DNA from: Antedon mediterranea
Taxonomy: Eukaryota; Animalia; Echinodermata
Length of the DNA: 64,000 bases
Assembly: GCF_964355755.1 (NCBI RefSeq)
Contig: NC_092672.1
Coordinates: forward strand, 8,432,001 to 8,496,000
Direction of reading: 5' to 3'
The position numbers were made by a program, and so were the translations under genes. How positions within the stretch are numbered: position 1 is the first letter of the stretch; every line of letters starts with the position of its first letter. The notes below the pieces were generated by a model. It was not told the DNA's origin, ran no database searches, and worked only from the letters and a program-made list of their open reading frames with translations. This document shows positions 25,701-35,995 of the stretch, one piece after another.

Positions 25701-28700
25701 TACAGTACAATACCCTATGCAGTGGGACACGCCTACAGTACAATACCCTATGCAGTGGGACACGCCTACAGTACAGTATAATAACTGAGTGTAAGCGGAC
25801 ACTGTATGTTGGGTCCTGACTGAAGATATCCCCATTATACTAAGTAGGTATAATCATGGAGGTTTAATACCTCCATGGTATAATACTGTATAGTACTGTA
25901 CAACAGCAGTTGACCGAGGGCGCCTAATAATACAATTTAAACAATTGCGATGTAATAAAGAAATAGTAGGACATATTCATTTTGGCAATTGTTTGGCCTT
26001 TAACCACCTTCAATTCAAAACTCTGGATCTGTCACTGGCCATCTGAATCTCAAAACAATAGTAGTAGTCTGTGAATTCCCAGAAATCAGTTCAGTACGAT
26101 AATCATGACAAATCCCTTTATTCAGAAGCCTTTAATCTATCACAAAGCCTTGGCAACCCTCAAAACAGGCCGACCTGGATTTATGCTTATTTGAACAGCA
26201 AATTTACCATAGGCATGTGATTCTTGGAAATGGTATGTTTACAACTGAACAGAAAGCCTATCAATAATAGTACAACCATGGACCTATCAATTATAGGTCC
26301 ATGGTACAACTGTATCAAACTACTTCCGTAGTACTGTACACTATGTACTACTGTACAACCACATTATAAATTTTGGAACAGTGTATTATCAATTGTTTAA
26401 AAACGGTAAATAAAAAAAAAATGTAAAAAAAAACCAGTGCATTTACAGTACTGTATTAGGGCACATTACTGTATGTATAGTATAGGAACTTGACGAATTC
26501 TGGCAGTAAATATTTGTGCTGTTTTTAATGCAGTGTCAAAAATGAATCAAACCATTTTCCTTCTTTTTTCTTTCACTGTTCAGCATTTTAAAAATTCACT
26601 AAACAATTAACTGTATTGTAAATATACAACTTTTAAATTATAACAAACTATGCTGATTCAAAAATGATGAATGAGTTAATTATTAAATATTATCTTTAAT
26701 TAATATTTAAAAAATCCAAAAATGTTTATGACCAAAAACACAAACTTACCACAAATTTTCCATAGTGGAAATATATCCTGTGTTTTGATCAAGTATACTG
26801 CAAAACACAATGGTTACACTTTAGTAATTAAAATGTCTATGGCCTTGACTCCGGAAACAAAATATCATATTATACACATATTTCACCCACACAGCCAAAA
26901 AACATAGATTTCTAAGTAAAACTATATTTAACCTACTTTATAATGCCTCCAATGTGGAAGTACTATAGGTCATAACAATAAAACAGGAAAATTGCAAAAG
27001 AAAAATTGTTTTGATTGTTATTATTAGTAGCTGTACTGTACTGTACACTCTGTGTTTGTGATACCAAGTAAATAAGTTATCTTATCTTATACCAAATTAT
27101 TATTAAAACGGTAACAATGATTAATGATAATGAATTTTGCGTGAGGAAGCGGATGAAAAAATTAATTTTCATGATCTTTAAAATATTCAGAATGCACAAA
27201 TAAAAAGCTCAATCAAACTTTTAAAATTTAAATTTAAAATTAAATCCTTCAAAAGGTTAATTTATTTAAATTAAGTATTCATTGACAAAAACAATTGTGC
27301 GACAACTAAAAGCACAAAATAACACTACTAAATTAATTTTCAAATGAAAAAATAATTTAACAATGACATTGTTAACATACTGTAAAGGCATTGAATAATA
27401 CAGTACATACTGTAATTAACAGTTCAATATGGTCTGTAGTAATCCGGGCTTCACAACTTGCAAAAATGAAATATTGGGCGGTTTTACTATAAAAATACAT
27501 CAAACATACAATAGACAGTGCTAATTACAAATTTAAAGGTTGGTATTAAAAATACATGCCAACACACAAATTATTATAAATATCTTGAAGACCGATAGGG
27601 TTAACATTATTGTTTTTCCTTCTATCTAGAGTAATAGAAAATAGAAATTAATTCTGGAAGATTTGATTGATGTTTCTGTTAGTTTTTTGTTGCAATTGTT
27701 ATGTGAGGCACCTTGAAGCTGTGCAATATATTGAATAAAAAATTTTAAAAATCAGGATATTTTTTTGTTTCCAAAATATTGGGAGGAAATTGCATTTTAT
27801 CGGGAGATGGCTCCTGCCATTATCGGGACAGTTGGGAGGTCTGGAGTTAGATTCAAAACACTCGGTCAATGCCAAGGAAACACTGAATACTGTAGTTTAT
27901 TCAGATTTCCTTAATATTCGTCATTTTCCACCTCCAACGACAAATTAAAAGTGGGGCTAAACGTCAACTATCAAGGTCAAGAAAATCTTGAGTGCGTCAT
28001 CAATTAATTCAAACTAATATTTCATTCACAAAGTTAATAAGTTTTGTGATTCATTATTACACAAGATCTTTATTTCACTTTGACCTAATTAAAAAGGTCT
28101 TTGTTTTAAATAAAGTCTAGCTCCTGCACACATTACTGTGTATTATATATGTCTAATGTTTACTTCAGTACTAACTTAATAAAAAGGTTTTAAATAATTG
28201 TGATATTCATTTATTATACAAATAATTGAATGAGAAAAGGATGTAATAATTGAAAACCAACGAATGGCCAAATTGATAGATTAAATTAATACTGTAAATA
28301 CTGTACATTCACAGTCCACACACACACATTCACTTTGTTATTATTTTTTTGCTTAGTGTCCAGTATTGACTGTATTACAATTTGTTTTTATTTGTCGCTT
28401 ACAATGTACAGCTGTATTAAGCTCTGTCTACACTATCAAACTAGTTTTATGTGTCTATTTATGGTAGTGATACGCCCAAATATGGTAGTGATAACATGTC
28501 TATACTGTATGACCATTTTTTTGTTGCATAAAGGTTGATAGTATAGACAGAGCTTTATATTAAAATCAGTGTATAAAAATGACCTAACGAAAGATTTTTA
28601 ATGCAGGAAACGCTTAGTCGTTGAGGTTCCTGTCAGAGAATAAATGACGCTTTTGTGAACGGTCACACCTTTAGATTAACATCCCCTACCTGGCTGGAAG

Positions 28701-31700
28701 TGGAAGTGGACTGGCTTAGAATAGAAGCCATCATTTATCAATTGTTATGCTTATTTAATATAAGATTACTGTAACCTGCAGAATTAAATTCATGTACAGC
28801 AGGTAAACTATTTATTTTTGGAAAATTTCTGACATAGAGTACTGTACGGTACATAATAAGAAGACACTGTAACAAGAAGCCACTGAACTTTAAAAACAAA
28901 TGTTATTGTTACTTTTATTTAAAGAAATTTAAATTTTACCAATAATTGCCAATATACCATAAAATATGATGTTGGCAAATACTCTAAATGCTTTCACAAT
29001 ACAATACAAAGAAATAAATATTGTGTGAACAATCCTACTAAAATGTGGTTGCAATCCTATCTGGCTTTGAGTGCCAGCTCAACTCAAATGCAGGGTCATA
29101 TTTTGGTCAAATATGCAAGGATTGTAACCATGCCCTACCACCAGCACTTTTGATACTAACAGTCCAGCACTTAATGAATTTATTGGTCAGCTTATAGGAA
29201 TTTAGCAAATAAAGATTAAAAAGATAAATAGTCAGCAGGTAATATAATCATTGTACATGGTATTCAAAGAAAAATGCTAATGATAGCAATTGTAAATAGT
29301 GAGTGGCATATTTCCTATTGTTTGTACCTACAGCACTGTATGTTGATATACCTGTAAAATTGAAGGTCAGACGTTTCCCAGGGTTTGAATAATATTATTG
29401 ATCCTCCTGTGAAATATGCTGCAGCTTGGCTGAAACATGTTTAATAAAGTACTATACTAAATCCTGAATGTAGTGTGACCAGTATAAATATAGACATTTT
29501 TAGCTATGTTTTTTATGTGAATTCAACCAAATCAAGAGAAAGCTTTATTACAGGAACTGTTAGTATGAAACTAATACTGAATAATAATATTAATACACAC
29601 ACATTAGATAATATAAGATAAGAAAGATATACTTTATTGCATGTTTATAGTACAACAAAGATTACAATTTACTGTACATGAAATTTGACATAAAATATAG
29701 ACACACCACTATCTGCTGTACAGTACTTCATTGTGTTTTATTGTTACAAATAGACAAAATTAACTTTACTGATAATTAACTGAAATAATATAATTGTTTA
29801 TAATTATATATTATTTAATAATGTTTTTTTTTTATCAAAGATTGTTTTTGTAAAACGTACAGTACTGTATCCAAAGGAATCTAATTCATAAACCAGAATA
29901 CTAAATAATATTAATAATTAATAACGTAAATCTGGAAGTTAAATTAATTAGTTAAAATTACTAAAGTGAAACAATATAATTGACATTAAATTAAAAGCTA
30001 AAAAGTGTGAATTTTTAATTCCAGTAACGAACCCTGTTAACATTAGATTATACAAATTATTACTGTACCAAGAACTATTCATTCTGGCCATATTATTACC
30101 ATACAATACAGTAGTGTCTGACATACAGCACTCTTGTCTAATAATGTACTACTGTACTAACATTATACAATAGTGTAGACACTATACAAGCTGGTTTTAA
30201 ATAGAAAGGCATGAAATGAATGACGTCAAAGAGTGTACACTACACTGCACTCCATATGCACAAGTCTACTCATATCCTGATGAGGCCAACTTATCATACA
30301 CAGCGAGGGAATTTCCTCACTATTTACACATAAGATAGACTAGACTGTCCCTATAAAATATAATTATTCAACTCAACGATCAAAAGCATTTGTCAACAGT
30401 AACACACAATTGAGACTGAGAGTTGCCAAATCTAAATATACTGAACAAATGTATAAATAACTCTTCTTTGATTTTTTAATGAATTGCAGTACATTATCAT
30501 GTCAGTGTTTTATAACTTTCAATTTCTATCTCATACCATAGTATGAATCATCAGTAATAATTAATTTCACTATACATTAGTAGTAGTACAGAAGGTAGAA
30601 GTAGTGACACAGTAGTAAGTCTTGTGGTTAGATTTTAGACTTTTATTTAGGCATTTATTTTTATCATAGATTTTGCAAACAAATGATTTATTTAAAGCTT
30701 GGTTCCCACTATAGGATGCAACACTAGAAAATTGATCAATCATGATGATGATAAGTTTTATTAGTATTAAATTATCAATAATTTTATTCCAGGTACCCAC
30801 TTAGAACACCTCTGGACACACCTCCCTTCCCCCCCCCCCCACCCCAAAAAAAAATCTCTAAAACATACTGTTTTTCCACCCATTTTCTAGTGTGATATAA
30901 AAACCCTTTTTTTTATACAAATCAAATTTTAATTTGATACAGTACTTGTGCACGGTATTTCCCATAATGGTGAAATACTGTAACAATGCACTCTGACATT
31001 TAAATAATTGAGGATTTATTGTAGCATATTTTATGTAAACAGTTCTTTAGTTTGCACATTGTAAAAATGTTTTGAAAAATTGAATCAAATTTCAAGAAAC
31101 CATGTCTGTTTTTCAAAATGCAATTTTTACTAATAATAATAGCCTATTGGCTACATAGTTTAGAGCAATAACAAATTTAAATCAAAACTAGAGCGACACT
31201 GACAGATAAATTATTTTATTTTATTATTTTTTTATATCGGAAACAGATACCTTTTATGCTAATCTTTTATGCTAATGTGAAACTGTTGAATGAAATTGAT
31301 TTTGTACAATAATTTATGAAATGTATACTGTACATTATACTACTGTAGTAGTATAATGTACAGTATACATTTCATAAATTATTGTACAAAATCAATTTCA
31401 TTCAACAGTTTCACATTAGCATAAAAGATTAGCATAAAAGGTATCTGTTTCCGATATAAAAAAATAATAAAATAAAATAATTTATCTGTCAGTGTCGCTC
31501 TAGTTTTGATTTAAATTTGTTATTGCTCTAAACTATGTAGCCAATAGGCTATTATTATTAGTAAAAATTGCATTTTGAAAAACAGACATGGTTTCTTGAA
31601 ATTTGATTCAATTTTTCAAAACATTTTTACAATGTGCAAACTAAAGAACTGTTTACATAAAATATGCTACAATAAATCCTCAATTATTTAAATGTCAGAG

Positions 31701-34700
31701 TGCATTGTTACAGTATTTCACCATTATGGGAAATACCGTGCACAAATCAATTATATAATTATTATGCGAAACTACTGTATGCATTGTCTACCGACCTACA
31801 GTTATGTTTGAAGAAAAGTGGGGATTCCCCTAACTAATAATCCAGTTATCATGATTCCAATGATAAGGTTTGTGTAATCTAAACAAACAGTACATTTCAA
31901 ACAATTGAAAATTGTTGTATTGTAGGTTTATGATTTTATTGTTTGCAGATGGAGGAATTATTTAGATAAAATAAATAATTCCAGCTTCATTTTAACTACT
32001 TACAAATACTATAAAACTAATGTAATTTTCTTGACTGTTGTACAGTCAAGAAATGTCTCAATTTGAACATATATTTTTGACAAAATTATATCATCTTTGC
32101 GCTTTATAATCGCTAGCGCGTTCTACTATTTCATGCCGTTCATTTCTGTCGTGGGCTGGGTGTGATAATGTAGAATGTTACAAATAATAAATTTAATAAA
32201 ATAAATCAAAGCCATTGTTTTGTTATTTTAAGCTCTGTCTACACTATCAAATTTTATGTGACAAAAAATGTGATGTGCCCATATACATGGACATGATGAA
32301 GTCATATCACCACATATATTTGGGCATATAATCACTTTACCATATTTGGGCACATAACACTTTTTTTGTGAAACTTGTTTAATATAGTGTAGACGGGCTT
32401 TTAACATTGGTACTGAATTTGGGGTTAAGGTTAGTAAGTGGGTCAGTCCTAACCCCACATTTACTCTACCATCTATTTTTGGATGGAACCGACAAAGGCA
32501 ATAGCTCATATCTAATACGGTAAGGTATTTAATAATAGAGCATTGGATTGATTATCATTATATTGTACAACAAACAAAACATTGTCTTGTACAATACAGT
32601 ACAGGTGTATGCTGCACATATTCTCACAGTTACTGTCTAAGGGCCCGTTTCTGCTGCCAACCCAAAATATACCGTATAAATATACCGTATAAATATACCG
32701 TATAAATATACCGTATATGAAATTCGTGCACCGTTTCCGCTGCACATACTTCGTGGGTGGGTTGTAAAAAAGTTGGCTTTCATTACCCAAAATGCATTTC
32801 GTGAGACGGAAGTATGGATTGACCTAGAGTCTCGTGTAGTGAGGTTACATGACAGCATTGCTTTCTATTTTAAATCTAATGAGCAGAAGTGGCAACGAAT
32901 TTACACCGCACATACAAGCACAATCTAGAAATGTCACTATAAATAAACTCTGTTATTCAAATTGAGTTTATATTATGCTATATTATCCTATATTGCCGTT
33001 TTAATTTCCATTTTCTATTATACAGTATTTTACCATGATTTTACATCACGTTCTTGTCGTGTAAGAACATTTGATTTATTGTATTTAAAATCTCGGTATC
33101 TCTTCTGTTGCCATGCAGTCTCCCCCCCCCCCCCAACCTTCGCTTCCCCCCCACAATTGAATTGCAAAAATAGTGATTTGTTCGGTCCACATTGACATTT
33201 TGATCTGTTGCTTGCTTTTACACGTGTGTTTCAACTTTCAATGCAGCAGAAAAACCAAAACAAACGCGTCGCGCTCTGTTAGTTTTTGACCTCGTGTCAC
33301 GAGTCGGGTCACATTTACGGTATATTTTGAGTGCAGCAGAAATGGGGTACGAAATATACGGTATATTTTGGAATATACCGTATAATATCCACAAACGATG
33401 GGGATATTTATACGGTATATATACCGCATATATATACGGTATATTTTTTATGAGACCCATTTCTGCTGCCAAAAAATATACCGTATATAAAATATACCGT
33501 ATATATACGGTATATTTTTGGCAGCAGAAACGGGGCCTAGGAAACTGTTGCATAGAATATGTACTCCAAGGACATTATTAATTGGATCACAATCACAAAC
33601 CATAACATTAGGAATAATTACAATGACATTGACCTTGAAGCAGAAATGACCTTCACTGGTCCTTGGCAGAATTAGAACAGTATGAAAAATGCTTAATAAA
33701 CCAATGAGTTATAAAATGGGGTATGTTCAGATCTATGGAGTAATAATGCTTAAATTGTATTGCACACAATGTCATATTATAATTAGCGTAGTAACATCTT
33801 TATGCAGGAATAATTAATTGGTTGAAGGTCAAAATCATTGATGCATGAATTTCGTAACGTTTACTAATCTTGTACCTTCAGCTGATGACCGAAAAATCAG
33901 TGTCGTAAGAGGTGGCTTCCAATTCTTTCCTGGTTCACACCTATGGAGTTGTACGTAGCATACGATACGAAATCACAACTCTATAGGTCTGAACATTCCC
34001 ACAGCACAGTACATCTCTACATCAGATTCGATATTTTTTTGGGTGTAATAATATGGTAACATACCCTTTATATGACAAACACAACGCCTAATCAATTAAT
34101 TAATACTGTACGACATAGAAATATGCTCTAATACAATATTGTGTTATATGCAAGTATGTACTGTATTTGTGGCGGGCGTTTATTTGAGGAAATAAATGAA
34201 CGCCCCGGGTTGTTTATTGGGGCCGAGGCGTTTATTGTAAAAACTACGGTATTGCAAATTAATTTTAACAAGAGCATCTAGAACGTTTGAACATATGGTG
34301 CATAAATGGTTTTATATAATTCTACAAAGTAACCCATCTCCTCCAAGGCCCTCTACATGACAATGCCAAGGTGGGGTGAAATAATGTATTGTTGAGTAGA
34401 GTACTGGATTGGAGGTTAGCCAGGTAAATACGATTACCACCTAAAACAACCTGCACGAAATGTCGGTCACAGGTCGATGAAGATGATAATAATACTTTTT
34501 GCATCGTTCTTTAAGCTCCCCAGGCCGATGTGAAATTAGGCTAGATTCTAAATTATGCATCCTTGCTTGGAAAAATACGCTATTGACCCATTGTATTGCT
34601 TGGTGATCTACCAGATCTACCCCAACGACAGTAAAAATAATTACTAGGCTAGGTAGGTGACACGAACGACAAACATTCATCAGGAAGAATAGAAATCTAC

Positions 34701-34899
34701 GGTAAATCCGATTTACTTGGACGTAGAAAGCCATAATTAACAAATGCTTTCTAATCCTAATTAAGTTTTGCACTTAGATTATTTATATTACTTGACTTTC
34801 AGTGTAAATTTAACAAATAAATATTTGTAATTTGTGGAAATTTAGTCAAAAAACTTACTGCATCGCCTGTGCAATCAAACCATTCGCAGCTTCTGCCAT
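16752..34899 (-). CDS. DNTTIP1: Deoxynucleotidyltransferase terminal-interacting protein 1 (TdIF1; MiDAC HDAC complex subunit), ~349 aa
   Basis: Minus-strand exons 34899-34859, 26777-26750 (tentative microexon), 23500-23412, 22804-22699, 21433-21335, 20394-20254, 19111-19046, 18518-18340, 18193-18133, 17718-17594, 16866-16752; phases consistent. Translation includes the dimerisation region LNLLRRALQKKINEDIEKVFQHYIQFFQLAVQNIRDN, AT-hook-like KRKGRPP, and C-terminal domain REGPKWNPNRL...FVMGAKANKALGLGATRGRLYMKHPNVFKYSGDQDDKQWL...MPATGGKAYLMIKEDI...ELKSFVVP, matching DNTTIP1 as I recall it. The first two exons are less certain. Confidence 0.92.
19208..20245. mobile_element. Composite foldback: two inverted ~265-bp family-A-derived arms around a ~500-bp TIR element (19472-19975)
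   Basis: 19208-19471 is the near-exact reverse complement of 19976-20245. The inner element ends are tagagaggtttcgcaa / ttgcaaaacctctcta. Confidence 0.85.
21821..22038. mobile_element. Kolobok-like MITE (TTAA TSD; TIR AGATGTATTGTCC)
   Basis: ttaa|agatgtattgtcc ... ggacaatacatct|ttaa. The same left end occurs at 11447 in MRM1 intron 6. Confidence 0.75.
25531..25778. repeat. 33-bp minisatellite (acgcctacagtacaataccctatgcagtgggac) x~7.5
   Basis: Head-to-tail units with no spacers. Confidence 0.92.
30946..31745. repeat. 800-bp near-perfect palindrome (two 399-bp arms, 2-nt centre)
   Basis: 30946-31344 is the reverse complement of 31347-31745 at every segment I compared. Confidence 0.92.
32641..33537. 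mobile_element. Non-autonomous PIF/Harbinger-like element, ~900 bp
   Basis: TIR gggcccgtttctgctgccaa / ttggcagcagaaacggggcc, subterminal aaatataccgtat repeats in both orientations, flanks taa/tag. Confidence 0.7.
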
Positions 34900-35995
34900 C
34901 TTGAATTGCGTTGATGTGATGCATGCAAAGAGCAATCCCAGCACAGTGGGGTTGAAGGTCAATATTTTGTCAGGCCTTGGAAAATAGCGCCCTCTACAAA
35001 TAATGCGGAAGTAACTCTTTTAACATGAGTACAGTTAATATAAGCCTAATTAACTATATAACTAAATTTAAACATTGCGCTTTAGATAAAACAACTTTTT
35101 TCATTACGGAGAAAGAAAGAGTTGGATTGCTATTGTTTTTTCCATGTCCCTGTTATTTGGAAGAACATTTTTGTCGAATATTTAAAATTATGGCCCCCTT
35201 ATGATTACTTGCTTAATCCAGTAATTATCCGATAGTTTATTTGAAAAGACATTTTATAACTCAGTTTCAGTGACGCCGGGGCGGGTGGAGGAGGGATGGG
35301 AGAGGATGAGAACGTAACCAATGTGAAAATACCGGGGTGGGTGGTGGGGAGAGAAGTCTCCCAATTTTATTTTCCTATAACTTTAACGAGTATTTTACGC
35401 TCTTTGGAAGATTTCAGGGTTCCTTCCTTTTTTAGAGTAGAAACAGAGAGTGACAATGCATTCTTACACTGTTTCAACCACCGTCGTCTTCTGTTTTCGT
35501 CATCTGTTGTCGTCATCTGTTGTAGGAAGATAACTATACTCCCACAATTCCTTATCACCATGTCCTTGTACGGTTATCGAGAGTAGTCACAGCATACGAA
35601 TAGCGTGCTCAGTGTTATTAACTGAAACCCTACGTCTGAAGAATCACTCATCATCCAAACTCTTATACCAAACTTGCTTGCATGCTTATCTTGAAACGCG
35701 ATCTTAAACAATTAGATCATCACAAGAAATAAAAAATAAATTAAAAAAATACTTAAAAATCCAAAAAAAGTTACTAAAACTTATGAAATAAATGTAAAAA
35801 TCAAATTCATACCGGTAGTTCATTACCTAATGTTTTTTTTAAAATGCATAAAATTTACACATTCTTCCTCTTATTTGTCATATAAATTGAGACAATTTGT
35901 GTATGGTACATTTATTTATTTTTTATCCCAAAAAAAATACTGATACCTGATTATAAGATATATACAAATTTGACAGTTAACCATTATAAATCATT
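34900..35995. promoter_or_regulatory. Divergent intergenic/promoter region between DNTTIP1 and the putative cytokine
   Basis: Head-to-head start codons ~1.1 kb apart. YY1-like caagATGGC at the DNTTIP1 start, ETS-like gcggaagt at 35005, agcgccctcta at 34986 and a GC-box ggggcggg at ~35278. Confidence 0.45.

Noticed and set aside
25473-25835. 33-bp repeats resembling a CRISPR array, and their ORFs
   Set aside because: Units are head-to-tail with no unique spacers, there are no cas genes, and the context is a eukaryotic intron.
33877-34440. Candidate DNTTIP1 exons at ~33877-33929 and ~34333-34440
   Set aside because: Both introduce stop codons when joined to exon 1 in phase 2.
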